NCBI RefSeq assembly: GCF_000315625.1
Contig: NW_005434651.1
Coordinates: 478,045-542,044, forward strand
Reading direction: 5' to 3'
Source: Guillardia theta CCMP2712
Taxonomy: Eukaryota; Protista; Cryptophyta
Length of the DNA stretch: 64,000 nt
Position 1 is the stretch's first letter. Each line of letters starts with the position of its first letter. Both the position numbers and the translations under genes were made by a program. This document shows positions 27,356 to 39,299 of the stretch, piece by piece. The notes beneath the pieces were generated by a model. It was not told where the DNA came from and did no database searches. It worked only from the letters and a program-made list of their open reading frames with translations.

Positions 27356-29473
27356 GAGAGGGAGAGGGAGAGGGAGGTGGGGAGCGGGGAGGAGGGCTGC
27401 AATTCAAGATCAGTCCCTTGATGTCCCTAGGACAGTTCAAAATCTAATAGAACATTTATTGCTGCCCTCTTTTATATATTATCATATTCTGAGGCAGGTT
27501 TGTTTCGAGAGGCCCGGCAGGGCCTGGATCATCACATGATCATGGTAAGTCGGGGAGCGAGCGGAACATCAACAAGTCAGGCTCCGAGCATGCAACGGGC
27601 AGGATGAACGAAGATCATCATCCCATCAACATCATGATACGGGAGTCACTCCGTCCTACGGTCTTGGGATGTCACGGCGAGCTGACACTTGGACATCAGT
27701 TTCTCTGTCTCTGCGTCTGCCTCTGTGCCTCGCGCGCACATACTCACATACAGTTGGTCCTCATTGGCAGACCATAAGTATGAGCTCTTCAAGGGAACAA
27801 CTCAACATCCTAGAACGATGCAGCAGATTGTTCTGATCTAGATCTTCACTCCGTTGGTCCTGAGCACTCAGATACAGATCGTTGCATCGCATATTCAATG
27901 ATAGAATCTCATATGTCTAAATGTGAACAACAACTCTTCTTCCCTCTCTCCCCATTTATCGAGAAATGGCTATGAGGCGGATACTGACAATGGCATGGAG
28001 CCCATGTTTGCGAATCTATTGGAACAACGTTGTTTGAGATCTTCATTCATTCACGTGTCTTGATATTGTTTACACTATTGTGATGCGATTCAAATGTAGA
28101 GGAAGCTTGAGCATGGCAGACATTTCGAGACCAACAATCCTCGTCGCCTTTACCACAACTAAGCATCTTCTTGCCTGGAGCAGGCGCTGACCTCTTTCGG
28201 ATCATCTGCCCCTTGACCAAAGAGCGGCCTGAAGTCAAGTCTATCGAGTTTCTAATACCAAGTGTAATGGATGATTTTCAACTCCGATTCGTTGTTTATT
28301 CTGTTCCGTTTTGGAGCAACTGCACATAGAGATCCTACCCAGCCGTGGTTTACAGGCGGCTCACGAGGCTCCCGGCCAAGAACGGACAACACGTCTCTAG
28401 CAACTCCCAAACATCTTCATCGCATGTGTTCTTTGCATGATGTTACAATTTCGATGCATCATGTCATACACATGTCTTGTTTGCTGTTTCCGATTGAGCG
28501 CGACAACTCCATGTTTGGGTCATCACCGTCCTAGAAGTGTCCAGTCGTTATGCTCGAAACGTCTTCAAATCAACCCTGTCTCATGTGCTCTTCTAGTATC
28601 ATCTCTTCTAGTATCAGCTCTTCTAGTATCAGCTCTTCTAGTGTCAGCTCTTCTAGTATCAGCTCTTCTAGTGTCAGCTCTTCTAGTATCGCTTTTCTAG
28701 TGTCAGCTCTTCTAGTATCAGCTCTTCTAGTGTCAGCTCTACTAGTATCAGCTCTTCTAGTATCAGCTCTTCTAGTATCGCTCTTCTAGTGTCAGCTCTT
28801 CTAGTATCGCTCTTCTAGTATCAGCTCTTCTAGTATCAGCTCTTCTAGTATCAGCTCTTCTAGTATCAGCTCTTCTAGTATCAGCTCTTCTAGTATCAGC
28901 TCTTCTAGTATCGCTTTTCTAGTGTCAGCTCTTCTAGTGTCAGCTCTTCTAGTATCAGCTCTTCTAGTGTCAGCTCTTCTAGTATCAGCTCTTCTAGTAT
29001 CAGCTCTTCTAGTGTCAGCTCTTCTAGTATCAGCTCTTCTAGTATCAGCTCTTCTAGTATCAGCTCTTCTAGTGTCAGCTCTTGTAGTATCAGCTCTTCT
29101 AGTATCAGCTCTTGTAGTATCAGCTCTTCTAGTGTCAGCTCTTGTAGTATCAGCTCTTCTAGTATCAGCTCTTCTAGTGTCAGCTCTTCTAGTATCAGCT
29201 CTTCTAGTATCAGCTCTTCTAGTGTCAGCTCTTCTAGTATCAGCTCTTCTAGTATCAGCTCTTGTAGTATCAGCTCTTCTAGTATCAGCTCTTCTAGTAT
29301 CGCTCTTCCTGTTGTGCAGGACTGAAGGACCTGCAAGCATGGCTCGGTGCGGCTCCGTCTCGGTCTTCGCTCCCCTCCTCCCTCTATCTTGCTCTGTTTG
29401 CTGTTTTTTTTAGCAAAAAAAAAAACATTTCCAAACAAAAAACGCATGTAAAAGAAAAACACACACAAAAAAA
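27356..29473. repeat. Tandem segmental duplication, copy 2 (about 2.1 kb)
   Basis: Same block order as copy 1, with a longer minisatellite. Confidence 0.95.
28588..29307. repeat. 15-bp minisatellite (CTAGTRTCAGCTCTT)n, about 48 copies
   Basis: Directly visible; translates as RADTR, EELIL, VSALL or SISSS repeats. Confidence 0.97.
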
Positions 29474-30519
29474 AGTAAACCTTTTAAAAGAGACGTGCCA
29501 CGTCAAAGGACCCGTCCAACCTCTGAAATCTGCCTACTCATTTTCAAACGGAGGCTATAACGACCTCTTTAATTTTAAAGTGATTTGAGCTACTATCCTA
29601 CCCCCGTGGGGCGAAACACTTTCTTCAACTTCACCCTCTACCCCTACCCCCTCTCATGACCTAATTTGACCCCTTGAGGAAGGTCAATCACTGCTCTGGA
29701 GTCCGTACCCACCCCGCCATCACCACATATCAACAAGGGTACCTCTACCCCCTCTTTCGGGTACATAGGACCCGTGTTTGTACCTTCCGCATTTGGCGTG
29801 ACTAGCTGACCGAAGTAACGTGACGAAACAGAAAATCGCAGCGGTTCGAAGTGAATTCGTAGGGTGGGGGGGTGGTACCATGAATCCTGTAGGTGGTTTT
29901 GTACGGGTACCATTTATGTGAAATAGCTGGAAATATCAAGGGTGGGTGATTTTCTCCAGGGGGTAGATGGGAATTGATAGAGTATGGTAGGGGTCGGCTA
30001 CAGGTGTTCCCCAGCCAATCCTCACTTCAACCCCTACCGTACTGGCTCTTCTCACGGCAGCATCCTCTGGTCGACCTATCCGCCAGCTTCCTGGAGCTCT
30101 CCTCGTCCACTCTCAATCCGATCAACCTGCTACTTCTCCTCTTTTCTGATCCCAGCTCCCGATGTCCACCGTTCCTCCTCACCTCTGACCTGCACCCCCT
30201 GTTTCGATATTGCTTTATATTCCATTCTCGGATCCCTGGTAACGCGGCTCCTTAGCTTTCTTTCAAGACCCTGCGAGGAACTGCATCTTGTCTTTCTATC
30301 TTTTTGCCTCCTTGCACCTGAATTCTGTCAGTTCACAGCCATCGTTTTGAAACTGGTTCGTTCGCATTTGTAATTTCAGATCGTCGCTTCCAGCAATCGC
30401 CCAGCTCGCAACACTCGCTCAGCTTGCGACATCGAGCCACTGTAGTTGCATCCCAGAATCAAATTCAAATTTCTATCACAGTCCTGGGGTACAAGTTATA
30501 CTTTCAGAGCTTTGACAAT

Positions 30520-31227
30520 ATGAATCCTGACAAAACGATAGGGTGGATAGTGCCCGATTCTAATTCGCCGCAAAGCACCAACTTCAGGGAAGTACATTTC
30601 GAGGGTCAAAGTCTCTATCAAGAGGAAGCTTTTCAGAACCGATTCCATCCAGAGGCCATGATGAACACAGCACAGATCGATCCCCTGTACCTACAACAAT
30701 CTGCAACACACGATATGTACCATGACATGCACAGCCAGCCCAGTGGATCCCTCCCGATCCCTTCCAATCATGACTACACATTTCACAACTTGGCGCATGC
30801 ACAGCAGCAATTCGCACAGGGGCAATTCTTCCAAGCTCCTGCACAGCACTCAATTCCACAGTCGACGATCAATCAGGGCTTTGACCCCAACCCTTTCTCG
30901 CACGGGGACCTGTGGGAAACTGAGTTCAAAGTCAAGGTCTCAGACCAGAACACGATCTTCTACAAACGAGTGAACGTGAATGTGCTGCCTCCTGCTGGTT
31001 GCGTGCAGAGACTTCTCGGCCTGATCTTTCATCAGGAGAGCGCAACTGATGCTGCCAACCTTGGGAACTGCAGGCTTGTGCTCGAGAAGCCGGACGGGAG
31101 CACGCTGGAGATCCATTCAGACTCGGACCTTCACTACATCGTCAGTAACGAGGCTCTGAGGAGTTCCAAGGCTTGTGTTAGACTGAGCTGCTTGAGGACA
31201 AGACGTGCTGATTTGCCGAACGTGTGA
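30520..31227 (+). CDS. Protein with Q/H/P-rich N-terminus and a C-terminal PB1-like domain
   Basis: Open frame from ATG 30520. C-terminal FKVKVS...LVLEKPDGSTLEIHSDSDL..VRL resembles the PB1 acidic motif. Confidence 0.65.
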   Translation: MNPDKTIGWIVPDSNSPQSTNFREVHFEGQSLYQEEAFQNRFHPEAMMNTAQIDPLYLQQSATHDMYHDMHSQPSGSLPIPSNHDYTFHNLAHAQQQFAQGQFFQAPAQHSIPQSTINQGFDPNPFSHGDLWETEFKVKVSDQNTIFYKRVNVNVLPPAGCVQRLLGLIFHQESATDAANLGNCRLVLEKPDGSTLEIHSDSDLHYIVSNEALRSSKACVRLSCLRTRRADLPNV

Positions 31228-31457
31228 CCCTACATTAGTTAGTGTTGTTGTATGGGTGTTATCCTGGATAAACTTTAAAGGCACTTGAGATCCCTTTTGT
31301 TTGCTTACTGCCTTTTTCAATTTGTTAATTAGAGTGTTGAGGCGGACTGTGAATATTGCCTTGAATTTTGCTGCATGCGGTGTGCATCGATGGTTGTGAG
31401 AGGGGGAGGCGACCGGGGCATGGCGGACGAGTAAAGAAGAGAAAATCCAGCAAGAGG

Positions 31458-32937
31458 ATGGCGAGATCTTGTTGTCATCTTTCCCTCCTCTCCTCGCTCC
31501 GCCCCCTCCTACTCCTACTCCCTGTAGCCGGATCGTTCGTGTTGTCCGTCGATCGGCCCCTCCATAGTCGGCTGCGGGCAACATCGTCTTCGAGGCTGAG
31601 AACTACGATGAACGCTAAGAGCGAGCAGCAGAAGCTGTCCTTGTCCAACATCTGGGTGCTCGCAGAGAGCAACGGGCCGGTGAGTTGGTCGGCTTGAGGG
31701 TGATTCAGATTTCAAGATCTGTGCAGGTGAGGCAGGAGGAGATGAACATCTGCAAAGCGTTCATGCAGATCTGCCGCGAGGACAACAACAAGGACAAGCT
31801 CCGAGCGTTCTTCGCTGAGAACCGCGGCAAGCCGGTGCTGTTCGAGATGAAAACAGAACGGAAGGACTTTAGAAAGTTTCTGTTCTCAGGAGGAGAAACG
31901 ATGTAGCTTCACAGGGGTTGGAGGAGAGCACATAATAGGCCATGCAGGTCGATACAAGAAGGAAGCTTCGGAGACAGCGGACTAGGTTACAGCATATGGG
32001 ACGCTGGCCTCGCTCTCAGCATCTGGATCCAGATGAATGGGGACAAGGTAGAGGGCCTCCTCGCTCGTCGGATGAAGTGACCTGACCTGAGGTCAAACCA
32101 GTTTGCAGGCCGCGATGTCCTGGAGCTGGGCAGCGGAGTCGGCGTGACCGGCATCTGCATGGCGAAGTCTTCAGCCAACCAGGTGGGTCTGGTGGGCCTT
32201 GTCGCAGAAAGTTGAAGAGTTTCTCAGGTCGTCTTGAGCGACTTTGGCAACGTGGAGGACGAGGGGGAGGATGAGGGGGAGAGGAACTCGGTCGTGGAGA
32301 GGAACTTGCAGCCGAGAAATCTGCTCGAGAACCTCCTGACCAACGTCGAGCTGAACGGACTGGAAGAAAAGTGTCAGGTCACCCGGCTGGACTGGCACGC
32401 TTGTCTCGCGGACAGCTTCAGGTCTGCTGTCGGCAGGTCGGCGGCACCTGTATGATCGGAGCTGCAGGCCTGTGAAGGAGTTCCAGTGCGTGATAGGGAG
32501 CGATGTGATCTACTACGAGGAGGACGCTGAGGTTGTTACTGTGCCCCAGTCCAGCTCCGTTCCTGCTGACGGGGCGCAGGCTCTGACAGCTGCGATAGTG
32601 AAGCACCTGCGAGCTGGGGGGACTTTCTTTCTCATGTACGAGTTTCTGTGTCAGCAGATCGGAGGAGTCGTTTCCCAGCTCTTACTGATGCTTGCGCAGG
32701 AACAGGAGAGGTCGACCAGGGTTGTCTGCTGTGAGGCTGACCGGGTGACAGCTGGGGTTGGCTGACTTCCTTGCGCTCGGCAGGTTTTGGAGAACCTTGA
32801 GAGGATGGGGAAGGTCGAGGTGGGGTGGCAGGATGGTGTCTGCTCCAGTTGATCCTTCTGGGCAGGTGACGGAGCTCTCGCTCTTCAACAACTTTGACTC
32901 CACGCCTCTCCTCTTTGCTACCTTTACCAAGGGATGA
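31458..32937 (+). CDS. Methyltransf_16 (METTL21/EEF2KMT-like) protein-lysine methyltransferase with putative plastid-targeting leader
   Basis: Spliced motifs GYSIWDAGLAL, VLELGSGVGVTG, VVLSD, LDW and IGSDVIY. Leader LLLLLPVAGS-F followed by an R/S-rich segment. Confidence 0.85.
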
Positions 32938-33076
32938 GCCTTCCTTCATGTCCTATAGTACAACAGCTTGTTGATATTCTACCCTGAAAGTGAAATAGAA
33001 AATCTTCTACTTCTTCTTCCTCCCTCCTCTATCTACCTGCTTTACCTGATCTTCGTCCTCCGAGAGTTTCCACCCC

Positions 33077-36000
33077 TTACCCATCGCGCGCTCCTGGCAA
33101 TATTTCATCTGGTGCTTTCCACAACCATTCCTTGAGTGCACTCCATCGTTTCCGGCACAGAGGCGGCAGCTCTTCCTCACGCTTGGCCAGCTGGCAAAGG
33201 TCCTTCAAGCACGGGCATCGATCGAAGAGGAAGGTAGCATGGAGCAGGTTGAGGAAGGGGAATTGAGTTAGGATGTTGAGGACAGGATTCTCGCACAGCC
33301 CTCTGATGTACTCAAGCGTGGCGGAGGAGGGAGAGAAAGTTCCCGCCTCCTTGTCCTCCAGGGCGATCTCCAGCAGCAGCAGCGCGCAGCTAGCCGGGTC
33401 GTCACTGACAATCAGCTTGACACCGTTGGCCTTGGAGATGGAAGAGATGATTTCCATGTACCTCTTCGTGTCCAGCTTCAACGGGTCAAGTGCAAAAGCC
33501 GTTGCACCGCCCGTGTCAAGCACAAAGTACAACTTGTCAAAGGTGCCCCTGGCGCTGGCGACCTGCTGGGCGAGGTTTGACAACTGCTCGTCAGTCTTCA
33601 AGTCCTTGAGGTGTTTGCGGATGATCGCCGTCTCGAAGCCACAGACGTAACTGACAAACTGCAGCCTCGTAGTACTCACACACTCCACCCGGTCACTCAA
33701 GGTAGGTCTTCTCAGCTCCTGACATAGACGGGAGTTGAACTCCGAGCTGGCCACGAAGAATCTAGCCTTCGTGTTCTCTTCCTGTGCGCGAGCTGGTCGA
33801 GCAGCTGGGCTGCAGAGGTCCTCAGGCTCACCCTGATCGTGATCGTAGCTGGGCTCGTTATCCTCACTGGGCGAAGCATCTTCTTCCACCTCTTGCGAGC
33901 TCCCCACGACGAAGCTGCTCAGGTCGCTCTCATCGTCACTCTCTGACTCTGAGACCGATCGTTCTCTCCCCAGCATACTCGTTCCCCTCTTGCCGAAGGA
34001 CATCTTGTATCCCCCTTGATGCTGCCGGGGCAAGAACTCTCCTTCCTCCTGCGTCATGAGGGATCGTGCGTAGATGCTTCTCATAGCCCCTGGACTAGCT
34101 TCTGACTCCGAGGCCTCGTCGTTGATGAAACTGTCGTTCATAGCAAGCTTGTCTTCCTCAGCCGATTGTTCGTTCCCCGAAGAGGTCAAGTGATCTTCAG
34201 ACTGCTCTGCTTCGTCCTCAAAGTATTTCGCCCTGATCTTCCTCCTCTTCAACCGCTTCTCTTCTCTCTCCTTCTGCTTCTCCCCTTTCCCCTTCTTCTG
34301 CTTCTCTCCTCCCCCTTTCTCCGTCCTCCAGACTCCTTTCCTTGACTCTGTCCCTTCCTTACTTTTTGGAAACTTTGGGTTCGTTTCAAACTCATCGTCA
34401 CTAGACACCGTTTCCACTTGCTTTTTTTCTTGCACATGACCAGGTCGTTGCATAGTTTGTTCCAGAGTCAGTGCAGAGGAACCGCTTCCAACGGTCTTGT
34501 GCACTGCTGGGAATTCATCGCAACTTTCATCCTCCTCAGAGCTCACTATCCGTCTTCTCTTTTTGCGAACTTTGACCAAGGGAGTCGAAATGTCGGAGCG
34601 ATCCAAACTGACATTGCAAACCACATCTTGCGAAATAACAATCGGCGGCTCTTCTCTGTCGTTTCTGTTAGTACTTGTGCAAGCTGCTGTGTCTGCTATG
34701 TGACGTTCTGTAATAGTTTCCTCCTCCATCTCCAACGATGGATGCGAAGCTGCATCGCGTGCTGGAGCTGTCAGATCAGCGTCGGGTTCAAATTGTAAAC
34801 TTTCGCTCTCTTCTCCGCCCGACGAGTCTCCGAGATCAAATGAAGGGATGTGTACGGGGTGAGCGACTGGCCCATTTAAGGTTGAGTTCCTGGCTGTTTG
34901 ATTTGCTCCTGATTGACTTCCCCCCCTAACTCCCATCCAGTCTTGCATGCAGGTCGTCCGGTTCGGTACAAGAGGTTCGCTTTTCCTGTCCGGCGATCTT
35001 TGAGTTTTCTCACTATAAGCAGTAGCAGATACTGCAACATCCGTGGATGTTAACGGCATACATCTGACATGAATTTGTTTTTCCTCGGGTCGAATTGCAA
35101 AGTCTGGTCTTGCCACTTCTTCCATCTCAACATGGCATTCACCAGGAATCAACGGTATTCGATCCCTTCCACTGTAGAAGTGAGGAGACGCGATGGACTC
35201 AAGGGCTGGGAAATATTTCTCGATCTCCTCATCCATGGAAGTTTTTTTGACACTCATGTCACTTTGACTGCCCTGGGCTTCAGAGCAAGCTACAGCAAAA
35301 TCCTGAGATATACAGGGTTCGAGACGAGCAGCAGGTACCAACACGTTACCAAGCCCCTGTTCTTCACCATCCGTGTCGTTTGCAGGAAACATTTCCGGGC
35401 AACTCTCCACCTGGGCTTCACTTTGACATTCAAGTCCGTGACACTCCTCAACCCCAGAACGTTCGTTGCAAATTTGAGATTCGAAGAATTTGGACATCAT
35501 AGACACGAAAAGTTTGGAGCGACGATTGTGTTTTATCCTGTACACGGAAGAACTGACTGTCTGCATTTCTGGCCAACTGTCAAGTTGCAAAGAATAGACA
35601 TCTTGACTTCCATAGAAGGATGAGAGATCAACGTGGTAGCCTTTCTCCTTCATCCATGCGATCTTCTCCTCTTTTGTAGAGGGGGTGCCGGCCTTTCCCT
35701 TCTTTGCTCTTGTCTTGGATTCTTGCTTGCCTCTCGCTTCTTTGTCTGGGACATGTTCCTCGTCTACGACCTTTTGGAAATCGATCTCAATGACAGGAGG
35801 CAAGGGGTCAACGAGCTTTGAGTCGTGCTTGTAGAGGTCAATCTTCTTGCACTAGCGGAGATCAAGCTCAGCCATAGATAGTCAACAGCAGCGCACACAC
35901 CTGATTGAGGGTCTTCAGCGTCTTCGTTAAGGAACTCTTCTTCTTCTCGCCTTGCATTTGCTCAAGAGCTTCCCTTCCCTCCATCACTAGCTGGACGACG

Positions 36001-38043
36001 ATTCCCTCTCGAGCCCTGCCAGTTCTACCCGATCGCTGCACATCCCGTATGGGAGAGTTGACCAGATCATATTGGATAATAATGTCGACGTTGCCTACGT
36101 CAAGGCCCTCTTCTCCGATGCAGGTTGCCACCTGACATGATCGTCATCAGGCGATATCACATTCAAACCCTCAATTACCATGGTGTTGAATCGCCCGTTC
36201 CTGAAGTCATTCATAACTTCCTGTTGAATCCTTTGACTCTGTCCCTTGTGAAACGCAGTGCCCTGCTGTCCAATGAAAATGCTTGCCCGAACGTTCTGCA
36301 GTCTGTTGATTTCTTCGCATATCTCCTCTACACAGTCTCTTGAGCTCGCAAAAACGATGGCACGAGAGTCAACTCGATCTCCACTCGAGCTGCACTGAGT
36401 GAGCTTGCGGTTGAAATGCTGCTCCAGGATGACTTTGAGCTTCTCTAACTTTGGATGCAGGAAACATTCTTGCTCCCGCAGCTGAAATCGAAAGAAGTCA
36501 AACGTTGGGAGGGTTGCAGGTCAACAAAAGCACATACATTTTTCAACGTGTTCAAAACCCTGGAATACCCTTCTTTCCTTACGATATCTCCTTTGGCACC
36601 ATACTTGGATATGCACTCCGTCTGAATTTCAAATATTAGCATTCAAGAACTTGATTAAATGACTTGCCTTGGCGTTCTGCAATGTTTGAATGGGGCCCTT
36701 CATCGAGCCACGTTCTAGATTATGACAGGAGCGGAGGATGAAGATTGCTGCATTGAAGTCTGATTGAACCGACAACACTTCTTCCCTGGAAAAATTTCCT
36801 GGGGGTGAAGATATGAATCTCTTCTGCAAAAGATGCAGGATCTGTCAAAGAAGGCAGAGACGACAAAAGCTGAGCAATGGCAACCTGCGCTACATGCAGA
36901 AGTCCATGATTGAGGTTGTCTACCTCATGCTTGTGCAAAAGCTGCTTGAATTGGAGTCTCCTAATGACTGGGGACAACAAATCTCTCAGCTCTTCGCATG
37001 CCCTCATGATCCTGTGATCTTGACCCACAGCTACGACCTGGACTCAGAGTCAAGCTATATTCCTTACAGGCTGCCAGTTCGAACCTCGCTCTCCTTGTTG
37101 TGAACATGCTGTTGGATATCTTCATCCTCCTCGTTCTTTATCTCCAGGTTCGAAATCATCAAGTTCGATATGACATTCTGGATTCTCTCCAGCTTGCTGC
37201 CTGGTGTGGCAGTGAGAGCCAAGATCCTCAGTCCAGCTGATACCCTAAACATCGTATTACCATGAGCACCAGGTCAGCAGAGAGTTGAGAAGCAGCACCT
37301 GTGATTCAGCTGCTCTACCGACTTGACAATAGCATGTCGACCTATCGCCCTGTGCGCTTCATCCACGACGAGTAGCACCACCTTCTCTGCAGGACAGTCT
37401 CCACGGCATATGTCGTTGTCGAGGATCTTGAACATGTCAGTGCAAGGTGGAGGCTGCAGCTGGGGAGTACCTGGGGAGTCATGAAAAAGATCGATCTTGT
37501 TTGCCAGAGATTCCTCCGATTCGAGACGTTCGCAGATCCAGTCATCTCTGCTATCTGCCTTGAAGACACTCCCATCACCCTCGAGCATGCCTCCAGCTGC
37601 TGCTTCACGAGGGGCTTTGTCGGCGCCAGGAAGATGATGATACGGTCAGGGAACCATGTCATGTAGTTGTGCATCAGGACGGCTGCGATCAGAGTCTTTC
37701 CCAAACCCGTGGGCAAGGACACCAGCGTGTTCTTCTGCACTGCAGACAGGATGATGTCCCTCTGATAGCGCCTCACCTGCGGGTTCAAGGGAAACTCGAG
37801 TTTCAGACGAGTGCCACCTGAACTGGCTGAACCGGCTGCTGGCCCTGAGCCATGGGGTTGAATCCATGAAGTTGGGATGCAGCTCTGTACATGACTAGGT
37901 CTGGAGGCATGTTGCAGTGAACAAGGGGCTGAAGCTTCCGGCGGTTTGTTGGACTTGAGAGCAGAGTTGGCCAGTTGCTCTTCGAGCTGATTGGCTGCTG
38001 CTATTAAGAATTCGTCGTCGTCGTCGTCGAACAAACTCTCCAT
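33077..38043 (-). CDS. FANCM: Fanconi anaemia group M (FANCM/Mph1) DEAH translocase
   Basis: [69 protein letters not shown]. The long last exon has an MM3-like motif and a degenerate ERCC4/HhH-like tail. Confidence 0.95.
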
Positions 38044-38389
38044 GGAGACGAGAACGATCTAACGATGCTTACTGGCCGATACTATCATGTAGCAATAAAT
38101 CTCTGCAACCAGAAGCCGAGTATTGACTCTGGCGCCACTTTGTGTTTGTGTCAAGGGCGGCCATGACTCAAAATATTTTCTTGATGAGATCCACATTGAG
38201 CATGAAGCTTCATGACAATGAACACAAAGTTTCACTCCATATGCAGACATGTTTGTGCTATGATGGATCGTCTTGTTCTATCATGCATGCTGTATTCCAT
38301 CTTGTACCTGCGCTTACCGCTGCTTCCGATTCGCTTGCCGCCATCCCGCCATTCCTAATTAAGAGCACCAATCATGGTCTTCACTCATA

Positions 38390-39060
38390 TCAGTCGCGGC
38401 ACCGGGCCGGGCCAGCCCGGCGCCGACCGTAGGACTCATCCCTACAACTCAGAGTCACGGTCAGTGACTTGTGACAGCGGCGCAGCGGCAGCCGGCCCCA
38501 GGCCCGTCGGCCTTTCTGCCGCACCGTCGGCAGGGCCAGACTCTGGTCTTTTTCAAAGACCGCCAAAGGCCTTGAGTCGAGTCTGCTTTTCTTCAAGGCT
38601 TCATGCTGAACGGCCGCCGCGGCATTTTTTCCTGGCCGGGCAAGTTCCTTCCGAAGTTCTGACGGACTCCGGAGCACAAGTTTGTTAGATTTGTACTATG
38701 CCAAAGTCACGCAGATATCACATCGACCTTAGTTGTAACAAGACAGGTTTTGCTCAACCGGGACCAGTTCAGGTTCACATCCTGGATGCCAGGTGAAACC
38801 CAAGCCTTCCAGACATGAGAGGACCTATTGCCGCCTCGAAAACACGTAAGTCGTCTTGGTTTACAGGAGAGTTTTGTTAACTCGGCGCTATCTGACTGGC
38901 ACGGCTGGCATACGATCCATCACCTTCCGAGACCGCGCGGCCATGAGGCTCATGTTGTAGTTGGGGAGACGCCGGGGCCGGCCTGGCCACCGGGCCCGGG
39001 CCCCCGCCGCGCCGGGCCACGGTGCCCGGGCCTGGCCGCACGGCTGAGTGTAAGCAGTCT
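38390..39060. promoter_or_regulatory. GC-rich divergent promoter region between FANCM and the membrane-protein gene
   Basis: Lies between head-to-head gene starts; dense in GGCCCGG/CCGGGCC and GTCAC/GTGAC words. Confidence 0.55.
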
Positions 39061-39087
39061 ACTCAAAGTTTTAAGTTAAAAATCAGT
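39060..39087 (+). repeat. Dispersed AT-rich motif TACTCAAAGTT(TT)AAGTTAAAAATCAGT
   Basis: Reverse complement of 44288-44313 apart from a 2-nt insertion. Confidence 0.8.
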
Positions 39088-39299
39088 TTTAACAGCTTGA
39101 ATGAAGGGATGGATTTAGTACGGCTATGTAATTTTAAAAGCTCTGTAGATAATTAAATATTTACTTGGAGTACCATGACAGTTTTAACTTGTACTTGAAA
39201 TTCGAAATTTATCTTTGACGCGCCAGAGGGAAGACGAAACTTGAAACTGCGTCCATGCCGAACTTGCGCCGTACGGCACTTACAAAGTGAACAGAAACC

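Noticed and set aside
28588-29307. CRISPR-like array
   Set aside because: The units are contiguous 15-mers with no unique spacers, there are no cas genes, and the context is eukaryotic.
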